Shown: in pieces, positions 1 through 8,701 of the stretch
Layout: each line of letters starts with the position of its first letter
Position numbering within the stretch: position 1 is the first letter of the stretch
Program-made: the position numbers and the translations under genes
The notes under the pieces: model-generated
What the model saw: only the letters and a program-made list of their open reading frames with translations
Database searches by the model: none
What the model was told of the DNA's origin: nothing
Assembly (NCBI GenBank): GCA_964196015.1
Contig: CAXMRM010000178.1
Span: 1-42,658 of the forward strand
From: an uncultured Myxococcota bacterium
GTDB lineage: Bacteria > Myxococcota_A > Polyangia > Polyangiales > Houyiibacteriaceae
Direction of reading: 5' to 3'
DNA length: 42,658 bases

Positions 1-55
1 CGGAGCCTCCCGCCATGATCACGGCGTACGCTTTGTCCGTATTGGTGTTAGTCAT
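1..55 (-). CDS. 5' end (18 codons) of a sugar-nucleotidyltransferase-like gene that runs off the window
   Basis: The reverse complement of 1-55 reads ATG ACT AAC ... = MTNTNTDKAYAVIMAGGS, which resembles the AVIxAGGSG start of mannose-1-phosphate guanylyltransferase-type enzymes. It lies 15 nt downstream of the uppP stop on the same strand. Only 18 residues are visible. Confidence 0.35.
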   Translation of the reverse strand, partial: MTNTNTDKAYAVIMAGGS

Positions 56-70
56 GAGCCGATTGCTTGC

Positions 71-868
71 TCAGCGGGTAACCAGGAAGAATCCGAGAGG
101 CAGGAGGTAGATCGCGAACGTCCACATACGTCCGACGAGAATGATGTGGCGGAGCATAACAAGCGCAACGTATCCCGTCACGAGGGCCGTCGCGCCTCCG
201 ACCCACGCCTCCGGGCCTAGTGAGCCGAGCCCGTCGGCGCCGCTCGCCTCGTACGCCGCCGCCCCGACGATGGCCGGAAGTGAGACTAGAAACGAGAATC
301 GAAACGCCACGTTACCCTGGACACCCAGGAGCATGGCGACGGCGATGGTGGACCCGCTCCTGCTCACGCCCGGCAGGACGGCCAGGCCTTGTGCGATGCC
401 GATTCCGACGGCCTGCCACCACGACACCTCAGCGCCCGTCCCACGGGCGACGCCGCTTGCGATGAGGACCGCCGCCGAGACGAGAAAGCCATAGCCGACC
501 AGGCGGAGGTCCTCGGCGAATGCCTCGGCCACATTGCGGAGGAGCAATCCGAGGAGAGCCGTCATTAGGGTCGCGATCACGATCCCGACCAGAGTTCGCC
601 CCTCGGGGGTCGCGCGAAAGCGACTTGGATCGCGCAGCGCGGCGATTCCTTCACTGGCGAGCACGGCGATGTCGCGCCGGAAGAGAACCACCGTGGCGGC
701 CAATGTGCCCAAATGAAGGAGAATCACCAGCGCGAGGGAATTCTCGCGGATGCCAAAGAACTGGGCGCCGATCGCGATATGCCCGCTGCTCGACACGGGT
801 AGAAATTCGGTCAGTCCTTGCAACACACCCAGCGCAGCGGCTGTCATCGCGTCGATTCCCTGAGACAA
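71..868 (-). CDS. uppP: undecaprenyl-diphosphate phosphatase (BacA/UppP)
   Basis: 265-aa polytopic membrane ORF with the UppP signatures LTEFLPVSSSGH and PGVSRSGSTI. GC3 is high in this frame. Confidence 0.9.
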   Translation of the reverse strand: MSQGIDAMTAAALGVLQGLTEFLPVSSSGHIAIGAQFFGIRENSLALVILLHLGTLAATVVLFRRDIAVLASEGIAALRDPSRFRATPEGRTLVGIVIATLMTALLGLLLRNVAEAFAEDLRLVGYGFLVSAAVLIASGVARGTGAEVSWWQAVGIGIAQGLAVLPGVSRSGSTIAVAMLLGVQGNVAFRFSFLVSLPAIVGAAAYEASGADGLGSLGPEAWVGGATALVTGYVALVMLRHIILVGRMWTFAIYLLPLGFFLVTR

Positions 869-938
869 GTTGCAAGGCCATAGCGTCGTTTCGCGTCACT
901 GCAAGGAGTGCTGATCTCGGTCTTGGGCACATGCGGCG

Positions 939-2399
939 ATGGCTGTTTGGGTCCGCTTCGACTACGATTCGGCCGGCTCTATGCGAGAGACTTGGAACGC
1001 GGCCCGAGTCGGCCTGATGGTGGTTCTCGGGCTGGTCGTCACCTTTGCCGTCTATCGCTATGTCGACGAGCGATCGTCCACCGACTCCGGGTATGGGGTT
1101 TACGCGTACTTCGACGACGTTCAGGGGCTCATTGCCAAGTCTCGGGTTTTGGTGGCAGGCATTCCGGTCGGCTACATCGACTCGATCCGGCTCGAGGGGG
1201 CTCGCGCCCGGGTCGACCTCCGCATCGAAGGGCACCTGGCGCTCTACGAAGATGCCCGCGTCACCATGCGGAGCCTCTCGCTCCTCGGGGAGCGCGCCCT
1301 GATCATCCATCCCGGTACCCCTGGCCTCCCCGAGATCCCGGATGGAGGACAGATTCTCACGACCGACCAGGGCGTCCAGACTGACGACATCCTCGTGACG
1401 GTCAATGACATCGCCCAGAGCGTCAAGAAGGTCACGAAGCAAATGGAGCGAGCGTTTGGCACCGAGGAAGCGGGGGACCGGATGCAGAGCGCGTTGCGCA
1501 ACCTCAGCGACGCGCTCGAAAACATCAAAGAGGTCACCGACGAGGCTGGGCCTCGGATAGTTCGCATCATGGAGAACGTCGAGCTCGCCACAGGTGACCT
1601 CAGTCAGATCATCCACAAGCGCAAAGGCGACATCGATCGCGGGGTTGCGGAGGTCGACGACACCATCGCGTCGATCCACCGAGCGTCCGAGCAGCTCAAT
1701 GCCGTGCTCGAAGACGTGAAAGAGGTGTCTGGCCGCACGGCGCGAGGCGAAGGCACCATCGGGCGCCTCACACAGGACGAAGCGCTCATCGACGAGGTCG
1801 AGGGCGTCGCCGAGGGCTTGAACAACTTCGTGGGGGGCCTGAACCGGCTCCGAACCATCGTCGAGCTCAGGAGCGAGTACTACGCGCTGTCGAACGCGTT
1901 CAAGACCTACTTCTCGATCTATCTGCAGCCACGCGAAGGGCGTTACTTCCTGATTCAGGTCATCGACGATCCACGTGGCTCGATCAGCGTGTCGGACACC
2001 ATCGTCCGCCAAAGCCCGCCGTCGCTCTTCCAACCAAACGAATTTCGGCGAACCGAGATCACGCGCACCGACCGGCTCAAGTTTTCCGCAGAATTTGGAA
2101 AGACGATTTCATTTGCGACCTTCCGTTTCGGCATCATCGAGTCGAGCGGTGGACTCGGCATGGACATCAAGGTCATCAAGGACCGCCTCGAGATCAACAC
2201 CGACATGTTCGAGTTCGGTCAGCGCATCTCGCCGCGATTGCGCATCCGCGCCGGGTTCGAGATCATACGCCGCTTCTGGCTCTTGGCTGGTATCGACAAC
2301 GTCTTAAATGGGGGACGTGATTACTTCTTTGGCCTTCAGTTGCGGTTCGACGACGAAGATTTGAAGCCGTTGATCCCGCTCGGAGCCGTCGCCCTATGA
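939..2399 (+). CDS. MCE/MlaD-domain membrane protein with a long C-terminal extension
   Basis: N-terminal TM helix (VGLMVVLGLVVTFAVY) followed by an MlaD-type segment (SRVLVAGIPVGYIDSIRLEG ... SLLGERALIIHPG). A long helical middle and a beta-rich C-terminus follow. The ATG at 981 (MRETWNAARVG...) is an equally plausible start. Confidence 0.8.
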   Translation: MAVWVRFDYDSAGSMRETWNAARVGLMVVLGLVVTFAVYRYVDERSSTDSGYGVYAYFDDVQGLIAKSRVLVAGIPVGYIDSIRLEGARARVDLRIEGHLALYEDARVTMRSLSLLGERALIIHPGTPGLPEIPDGGQILTTDQGVQTDDILVTVNDIAQSVKKVTKQMERAFGTEEAGDRMQSALRNLSDALENIKEVTDEAGPRIVRIMENVELATGDLSQIIHKRKGDIDRGVAEVDDTIASIHRASEQLNAVLEDVKEVSGRTARGEGTIGRLTQDEALIDEVEGVAEGLNNFVGGLNRLRTIVELRSEYYALSNAFKTYFSIYLQPREGRYFLIQVIDDPRGSISVSDTIVRQSPPSLFQPNEFRRTEITRTDRLKFSAEFGKTISFATFRFGIIESSGGLGMDIKVIKDRLEINTDMFEFGQRISPRLRIRAGFEIIRRFWLLAGIDNVLNGGRDYFFGLQLRFDDEDLKPLIPLGAVAL

Positions 2400-3217
2400 A
2401 GGGCGTAGCTCGAGGTGCAGGGGCTGTCGCGAAGTCGCCCCTCGGTTTTGCTCGCGGGTTGTCGTACGTGCTTCGAGGGATGCGCTTCGTCTATTTCCAG
2501 CACCCCAAGCTCGCGCGCTACTGGGTGTTCCCGATCCTGGTCACGGGACTCGCATTGCTTGCCGTGTTCTACGGCGCGGGGAGCTACTACGACGACCTCG
2601 GTGGCGCGGTCTGGTCGCTGTTCCCGGAAAGTTGGAACGAGGCCGCTGGCTGGGTTGGAGGGTTACTGCGCGCGCTACGCTGGCTCATCGAGCTGATCTC
2701 TGGGATCCTGATCACGTTCCTCGGCCTGGTGTTGGTCCTCGTGTTGTCGAGCGTCGTCGCCGCTCCGTTCAACGACGCCCTCAGCGAGGCGGTTGAGCAC
2801 ATCTTGACCGGCGTCGCTCCGCCGCCGTTTTCATTCAGCCGCATGGTCGCGGACATCGTGCGAACGATTCGGCTCGAGCTCTTGAAGGTGCTGGTTTACC
2901 TGGCCGTCGTAGCGCCGATGTTCCTCGCTTCGTTCTTTGTCCCGGGGCTGGGTCAGCTCATTTCCCTCTTCGCCTTCGCGCTCACCGCGGTCTACCTCGG
3001 CATCGACTACGTCGACTGGCCCGCTGCCCGCCGCAACTGGTCCGTCGGCGACCGGCTTACCTTCACCCGCCGCCAGCTCCCCGCCGTGGCGGGTTTCGGC
3101 ACTGGCGTATGGGTCCTCCTTTTCATCCCTCTGGCCAACCTCTTCTTCATGCCCGCCGCCGTTGCCGGTGGCACCATGCTCTTCCTAGCCCTCCAATCCC
3201 CCGAAAAAGGGATCTGA
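2396..3217 (+). CDS. EI24/CysZ-like polytopic membrane protein
   Basis: 273-aa ORF with several hydrophobic helices and the family-typical AAPFNDALSEAVE segment. Its ATG overlaps the stop of the MCE gene (ATGA at 2396-2399). Confidence 0.7.
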   Translation: MKGVARGAGAVAKSPLGFARGLSYVLRGMRFVYFQHPKLARYWVFPILVTGLALLAVFYGAGSYYDDLGGAVWSLFPESWNEAAGWVGGLLRALRWLIELISGILITFLGLVLVLVLSSVVAAPFNDALSEAVEHILTGVAPPPFSFSRMVADIVRTIRLELLKVLVYLAVVAPMFLASFFVPGLGQLISLFAFALTAVYLGIDYVDWPAARRNWSVGDRLTFTRRQLPAVAGFGTGVWVLLFIPLANLFFMPAAVAGGTMLFLALQSPEKGI

Positions 3218-3231
3218 CTCCTTTTTGTGGT

Positions 3232-3268
3232 GGGGGTCGGGGGAGTGCTAACTTGAGGGGGTAAGGGG
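3232..3268 (+). other. G-tract cluster (possible G-quadruplex or extended SD region) upstream of the secreted-protein gene
   Basis: Four G-runs read directly: GGGGG 3232-3236, GGGGG 3239-3243, GGGGG 3257-3261 and GGGG 3265-3268. One loop is 13 nt long. Confidence 0.25.
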
Positions 3269-3275
3269 TTTGGTT

Positions 3276-4106
3276 ATGCGACGTTCATTTTATGGGGCGT
3301 TCTTGGTGGCTTTTGGACTTCTGCTCGGTGCGGGCGTCTATGCCGACAAGGGCAGTGCCAGCAACAGGGCGCCCAGTGCGCTCGAGCAATCCATGGGCGA
3401 GATTCCGTGGGGTTGGACGCCGAAGCAGGTGTATCGCCACCTCAAGAAGAACATCGAGGTCTCGTATCAGGAGCCGATCTCGAAGACGACCGATGCCATC
3501 GAAGAGGATCGGATCCGCCACAAGATGGCCGAGGAGGCCCAGCAGATTCGCGACTCCTACTTCGAGTTCGACGGAACGCCGAGTGCGTACGACTCTGGCT
3601 ATCTCAAAGGTGAGTTCACTCACAAAAATGCCGAATCCTTGCTTCGCGTCCGAACGAAGAACACACAAGACTACTTCTTCTTCATCAATGACCGGCTGTG
3701 GAAGCGCTACCGCGCGTTCGACGCTTCCGTGTTCCAGGGAGCGAGCTTCGCCGAGTTCGGCGGCAACCTTCAGCAGCGTTACGGCAAGGCCAAGAAGAAG
3801 AGTGGGGTCGTCGTGTCCGGCGGTGAGCCCGCGCAATGGTACGAGTGGAGAGAGCCGCGGGTGTCGGCGCGCGCCGTCGACAACAACGAATTCTACGGAT
3901 TCTACTGCCTGATCCTCGAAGATCCGAAGACGGTCGCACGGCTCGGCCAGCTTCGAAAGAACAAGCCCGAGCAGGCGGAGACCAGCGAAACGTTGGTCGA
4001 CATGGTTGCCGACGAGAGCAACGACGACCCGCAAGCCGATATCGCCGACCGGATCACCGGCGAAATCCGGCGTCACGAGACCCCGGACGTCGACGAAAAG
4101 AAATAG
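3276..4106 (+). CDS. secreted hypothetical protein (signal peptide, Lys/Glu-rich)
   Basis: N-terminus MRRSFYGAFLVAFGLLLGAGVYADKG looks like a Sec signal. There is a GAGGGGGTAAGGGG purine tract upstream. The ORF track begins at TTG 3270, but ATG 3276 is preferred. The antisense 274-aa ORF is judged a shadow ORF. Confidence 0.7.
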   Translation: MRRSFYGAFLVAFGLLLGAGVYADKGSASNRAPSALEQSMGEIPWGWTPKQVYRHLKKNIEVSYQEPISKTTDAIEEDRIRHKMAEEAQQIRDSYFEFDGTPSAYDSGYLKGEFTHKNAESLLRVRTKNTQDYFFFINDRLWKRYRAFDASVFQGASFAEFGGNLQQRYGKAKKKSGVVVSGGEPAQWYEWREPRVSARAVDNNEFYGFYCLILEDPKTVARLGQLRKNKPEQAETSETLVDMVADESNDDPQADIADRITGEIRRHETPDVDEKK

Positions 4107-4182
4107 CACCGACGTAGGTAGGGGTAGGATTTACACCGCCCCGTTTCCCCAGGTAATCTGATGAGTCCTGAGGGGGCCGGGT

Positions 4183-4971
4183 TTGCGGTATCGTCTACGG
4201 TGTCATCTACAAGAGGTCGACCTGATCGGTGACGAGGTTGTTGTCGGTCGGGGTTCGCTGGGCCACATGACGATCGACGATCCGATGCTGTCACGTCGGC
4301 ACATTCGAATCGACCTCTCCGGATCTGAGCCAGCTCTGGAAGACCTCCAGAGCCGCAATGGGACGCAGCTCAACGGACGGCCTCTCGTCGGCCGCGCCAC
4401 GCTCGAGGACGGAGACCGAATTCGCATCGGGACGCAGGAGCTGGTGTTCCTGATCCCCAACGCCGGGAAGAAGAACCACCGGACCACGTGTGGGCTCACG
4501 TTTTGTGTCGGCTGCGCGGTTCCGTATCCGAGCGCGAGCCCGCAGTGCCCGCACTGCGGCGCGGTTCCGACCGAGCAGGGCGTGAGCACCTCCGTTCGCG
4601 ACGTCGCGGCGTCAGGCTGGACGTTCCATCTGCTTTCGCAGGTCGTGGACCGCGCCATCGAGCAGGGCCGCCTGGCCGACGCCGAGCGGATGATGTCACG
4701 TGGCGTGCCGGAGCTCGAGGAGCAGCTCGATGCGGGCGTCGATGTCGAGTCGAGCCGCGTCCTTGGCGTCGCCGAGTGCGCGGCCCGCCTTGGATGTGCG
4801 CTGCGGACCGCGCGCTGGATCGAGATCGGAGTCCGGCTGTACGGGCGCGCGGACGAGCCCCCATCACGCGAGGTGCTTGCCCTCGTCGACAAGTTGCCGC
4901 CGGATGCCCGTCTTGCCGACGCGATCAGCGCATTGCGCCACGCAGGGCCCGAGACCCGCCAAGCCGGCTAG
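4183..4971 (+). CDS. FHA domain + zinc-ribbon + helical C-terminal domain protein (paralog A)
   Basis: FHA signatures VVVGRGS...SRRHIRI...DLQSRNGTQLNGRPL...IRIGTQELVF, followed by CVGC...CPHCG. TTG start at 4183 with GAGGGGG ending 5 nt upstream. Confidence 0.8.
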   Translation: MRYRLRCHLQEVDLIGDEVVVGRGSLGHMTIDDPMLSRRHIRIDLSGSEPALEDLQSRNGTQLNGRPLVGRATLEDGDRIRIGTQELVFLIPNAGKKNHRTTCGLTFCVGCAVPYPSASPQCPHCGAVPTEQGVSTSVRDVAASGWTFHLLSQVVDRAIEQGRLADAERMMSRGVPELEEQLDAGVDVESSRVLGVAECAARLGCALRTARWIEIGVRLYGRADEPPSREVLALVDKLPPDARLADAISALRHAGPETRQAG

Positions 4972-5924
4972 TGCGCCGAAACGACCTGCTCTAGCCCTTC
5001 GAGACGCCGCACGAGGAACCGCTCGGACGCGCCGTACTCCGCCGTACTATTTTGGATGACGTGCAGGTATGCGCGGAGGTAGTTGGGCTTGGAGTACTTG
5101 TGGCTTCGCACGAGACTATGCAGAGTTTCGATGGTCTCCGCTTCCATGAGCTTGCCAGAGGCGGTGTGAATCCGGAAGACCCAGTCGATCCATTTCGTGT
5201 TTCCCAACCCTTGGGCCAACTGCAACGCGTAGGTCGTTGCTCCCCCAAACAGCGCATCGGGATCATCCTTTTCGGAGTCGCTCAATGGCCGATGCGCGAG
5301 CGCTCGCTCGAGGAGCATATCGAAATGTGGAAGCAGCATGCGCTCGGCTTCTTCGAATCGGCCCATCGCGATCGCCTTGCTCGCGATCCCCGCGATCACG
5401 TCGAGCACGCGTGCGGTACGGGTGTCCTCTGCGCCCCAAGCATGGGACGACGAGTCTACACCGCTGTTCGTACTTGTAAGGGTCTCACCGGCGGTCGTGG
5501 AGAGTCGCTTGCCGCATTCGCCGCAGCGGCGCTTGGCGGCACCGTTGATTGCGCCACACGATTCGCAGACGATGTACTCGGCGGTTTCCTTCGCGCCTTC
5601 CTTCATCTTCGCCGCGTCGATCAGCACGAGTTCTTGAGACCCGATGTACACGCGGTCCATGTGCGCTAGCCGGCGAGGGCCGTTGATGCGAACGCCATTG
5701 ACCGCAACGCCATTGCGGCTACCGAGGTCTTCGACCACGATCGCGTCGGGCCCAACATGAAGCACCGCGTGCTTTCGAGAGACCAGTCCATCCGCCAATG
5801 CGAGGTTGCATGACGAGCTTCGACCAATGGCAAACTCCCCGAGAGGCATCTCGAGATTGGTCGACTGATATCGCAGTCTAAAGCGTGGCACCCCAATCGC
5901 TAGGATAGCAGCTGGAGGGTCCAC
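4968..5924 (-). CDS. FHA domain + zinc-ribbon + helical C-terminal domain protein (paralog B)
   Basis: FAIGRSS...SRKHAVL...DLGSRNGVAVNGVRI...VYIGSQELVL, followed by CESC...CGECG. The GTG at 5891 (MPRFRLRYQ) is an alternative start that parallels the paralog A N-terminus. Confidence 0.8.
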   Translation of the reverse strand: MDPPAAILAIGVPRFRLRYQSTNLEMPLGEFAIGRSSSCNLALADGLVSRKHAVLHVGPDAIVVEDLGSRNGVAVNGVRINGPRRLAHMDRVYIGSQELVLIDAAKMKEGAKETAEYIVCESCGAINGAAKRRCGECGKRLSTTAGETLTSTNSGVDSSSHAWGAEDTRTARVLDVIAGIASKAIAMGRFEEAERMLLPHFDMLLERALAHRPLSDSEKDDPDALFGGATTYALQLAQGLGNTKWIDWVFRIHTASGKLMEAETIETLHSLVRSHKYSKPNYLRAYLHVIQNSTAEYGASERFLVRRLEGLEQVVSAH

Positions 5925-5976
5925 ACGTCGAATGAAGTGCAGCCGGAACCCCCTGATACCGCAATGGAAACTCAGG

Positions 5977-7098
5977 TCAGAAGCTGGCGATCTCTTCGAG
6001 CCCGGCGACTGCGCCGAGGCCTTTTTCTAGGCTACCCTGCGTCTCCAGCGTCGAGTCCATGAGGCGCGAAAGCTCCACCAAGTCCCGCCGGTACGACGCG
6101 AACGCGTTCTCGCGGCGGCCGAGCACTCCGGCGGACTGGTCCGGGTTCGTTAGAATCACGTAGTTGCTCGCATTCTGGCGCAAGTCCTGGCCCACGTAGA
6201 GATCTTTCTCGAAGGGTTTGCTGCCCCGCGTCGCGCGAACTTTGAGCTTCGTCGAAGTGGCATTCGTGTCGGGCATATCGACGTACACCAGACCACAGCG
6301 AAAGCCGCCTTCACCGAGAGTCGGGATGCAACCGGTAGGGCTCGTCGTGATCGCGGTCTCGTCCTGAGCGGCCTCATCGAGTTCCTTGCGACGCGGCTCC
6401 GGAAGAACTCTGCCCGCCACGCTGTCGAACTTGTCCCAAAGCCCGCCCACCTGGCGCGCGTACAAGAACAAAGAGTTGACCGTCTCGCGATTGAACTTCG
6501 TATAGTGAAGACCTGCAAAGTCCGCAGCGGTAAACGGAGTCGGCAACGCACGAAGCTGCTCGATCGCTTCGTAGTCGACCGAGGGTCCCTCTCCTGGCCT
6601 CGCCTTGGCTGCACCTGCCGCTCGGTCGAGGAGTCGCTTGGCTTCCGTGACCTGGTCAGCCGCTGCGCGAACGCCTTCGTAGACCGCCTTGCCATCGCGA
6701 ACCGCGACGTTGTACTCGCTGCGCTTGCTCATCACCGTCGTCGCAAGAACGCCCAGGAACAGACCCAGCAGCGCCGCTCCGCCACCGGTCATCATCATCA
6801 ACTTGCGGATGCGACGGCTCTTGCCCTCGTGTGCACTGACCATGGCCTGCTCGTCGACGACGATGCGCACTTCCTGCTGCGCGGACCCTTGCGATGTCGC
6901 TCCTGCAAATGGCCCGGAGCGCTTGGCGGCCTGACCTCCGACAAAGCCCGGCGGCGGCGCGACGCCCCCTAGCATCGGTGGCGGCGGCGGTGCAACGCCT
7001 GCCTCGTCGGCGCTCTTTGGCGGCGGTGGAGCCGTGTTTCTGCCGAGTCGCTCGCGTATATCGCGGACTTTCTTGGATTTTTGGAGTTCGTCTGACAT
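5977..7098 (-). CDS. bitopic membrane protein with a proline-rich cytoplasmic N-terminus
   Basis: 373-aa ORF with APPPPK...APPPPPMLGGVAPPPGF, then one TM helix (GGGAALLGLFLGVLATTVM) and a roughly 250-aa C-terminal domain. I recognise no family. Confidence 0.65.
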   Translation of the reverse strand: MSDELQKSKKVRDIRERLGRNTAPPPPKSADEAGVAPPPPPMLGGVAPPPGFVGGQAAKRSGPFAGATSQGSAQQEVRIVVDEQAMVSAHEGKSRRIRKLMMMTGGGAALLGLFLGVLATTVMSKRSEYNVAVRDGKAVYEGVRAAADQVTEAKRLLDRAAGAAKARPGEGPSVDYEAIEQLRALPTPFTAADFAGLHYTKFNRETVNSLFLYARQVGGLWDKFDSVAGRVLPEPRRKELDEAAQDETAITTSPTGCIPTLGEGGFRCGLVYVDMPDTNATSTKLKVRATRGSKPFEKDLYVGQDLRQNASNYVILTNPDQSAGVLGRRENAFASYRRDLVELSRLMDSTLETQGSLEKGLGAVAGLEEIASF

Positions 7099-7185
7099 TT
7101 CAGCTTCCTCAAATTTATCCGTCTAAGACCGAACTTGTCAAGGCGGGCGCCCACAAGCCGCCCCTGGTAGGCTTCGCCCTCCGCC

Positions 7186-8082
7186 ATGATGCCACCCCCC
7201 GTCGAGGAACGCCGCTTTGTGTCATTTGATGGCACTGAAATCGCTTATCAAGCGGTTGGCGAAGGACGCCCAATTCTGCTGTGCAATGGCCTGGGAGGCA
7301 GCTGGGAGGCCTGGAGCCACCAGATTCAGTACTTCCGGGATCGGTACCGCCTTCTATCCTGGGACTATCGGGGCCTTTATGCCTCCTCGCTCCCGGCTGA
7401 CCGCGGCGCTCTGGGAATCGTCGACCACGCGCGGGACGCATTGCACCTCCTCAGGGAGGAGGGGGCTGACCGCGCTGCCATCGTTGGATGGTCGATGGGC
7501 GTTCAAGTCGGTCTCGAAATGTTTCGGGCTGCTCCCGAGCAGGTAGCCTCGCTCGCGATGCTCAATGGCGTTGCTGGGCGGCCCTGGGACTATGTCTTCA
7601 ACTTGAACCTGGTTGGCCGCTTGCTGCCACCATTCCTCCGTAGTCTGCGCTCGATGCCTCGAACGATCGAGGCCGTGGTGCGCCAGGCGACGCGCCTTCC
7701 CGACCCCGGCGAGTGGGTGAAGCGGATCGGGTTGGCGGCTCGCACACTGGATGAGCAAGTGATCGCCGAGCTCGTCGTGAAGCTCCGCACGCTCGACATG
7801 GAAACCTTCATCCGTCTCCTCGAGCGGATGGGGGAGCACGATGGCTGGGATCTCCTCCCGCTCATCGATGTGCCTACCTTGATCATCGTCGGGTCGCGAG
7901 ACGTGTTCACGCCGCGGTCTGCCGCAGAGCGCATGGCCCGGCGCATACGTGGGTCGGAGATCATGGTGCTCCCCGGGGCGACGCACTACGCAGCGCTGGA
8001 GTATCCCGAGATGGTCAATTTGAGGCTCGAGAAGTTCTTGAGGGAGCGCGGCTACGAGGCGGCGCACGTGGGGGCTGGTTGA
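7186..8082 (+). CDS. alpha/beta-fold hydrolase
   Basis: HG-like GLGGSWEAW segment and nucleophile elbow GWSMG, with a size typical of the fold (298 aa). Confidence 0.85.
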   Translation: MMPPPVEERRFVSFDGTEIAYQAVGEGRPILLCNGLGGSWEAWSHQIQYFRDRYRLLSWDYRGLYASSLPADRGALGIVDHARDALHLLREEGADRAAIVGWSMGVQVGLEMFRAAPEQVASLAMLNGVAGRPWDYVFNLNLVGRLLPPFLRSLRSMPRTIEAVVRQATRLPDPGEWVKRIGLAARTLDEQVIAELVVKLRTLDMETFIRLLERMGEHDGWDLLPLIDVPTLIIVGSRDVFTPRSAAERMARRIRGSEIMVLPGATHYAALEYPEMVNLRLEKFLRERGYEAAHVGAG

Positions 8083-8116
8083 CGCACTCTGCGCGAGCCG
8101 CTAGCGATCGAAATCA

Positions 8117-8701
8117 ATGATTCTGGTGATCGACAACTACGACTCCTTTACCTACAACCTCGTCCAGTACTTGGGTGAGCTAGGGGCCGAGGTCGTGGTC
8201 GAGCGCAACGACGCGGTGAGCGTGGACGACATCCGCGAGCTCCGGCCTAGTGGCGTGTTGATCAGCCCGGGCCCGGGAAGGCCTGAGGAAGCCGGCGTCA
8301 GCTTGGAACTGATTGCGAAGCTAGGCGCGGAGACCCCGATCTTCGGCGTGTGCCTCGGGCATCAGAGCATCGCGCAGCATTTCGGAGCGGCGATCGTGCG
8401 GGCCGAGCGTCTCATGCACGGCCGCACGTCCGAGATTCTTCACGGGGGTCGGGGCGTGTTCGAAAACCTGCCAAGCCCACTCACGGCGACACGCTATCAC
8501 TCGCTGATCGTGAAGCGGGACACAATTCCAAACGAACTCGAGGTCACGGCCTGGACCGACCGAGACGAAGTCATGGGAATTCGCCACCGCGAGCTTCCCG
8601 TCGAAGGTGTTCAGTTCCATCCCGAGTCCTTTCTGACCGAGCATGGTCACGAGCTGATTCGCAACTGGCTGTCCTCGCTTCCGGCGGATAGGGCGTCGTG
8701 A
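8117..8701 (+). CDS. trpG: anthranilate / aminodeoxychorismate synthase glutamine amidotransferase component II
   Basis: [26 protein letters not shown] (catalytic Cys) and VQFHPES (His/Glu) motifs. It lies directly upstream of trpD with a GTGA overlap. Confidence 0.9.
   Translation: MILVIDNYDSFTYNLVQYLGELGAEVVVERNDAVSVDDIRELRPSGVLISPGPGRPEEAGVSLELIAKLGAETPIFGVCLGHQSIAQHFGAAIVRAERLMHGRTSEILHGGRGVFENLPSPLTATRYHSLIVKRDTIPNELEVTAWTDRDEVMGIRHRELPVEGVQFHPESFLTEHGHELIRNWLSSLPADRAS

Noticed and set aside
651-2033. 460-aa minus-strand ORF
   Set aside because: It is antisense to the MCE gene and overlaps uppP. It has no recognisable motifs and an Arg/Asp/Val-rich composition typical of the reverse frame of a high-GC3 gene.
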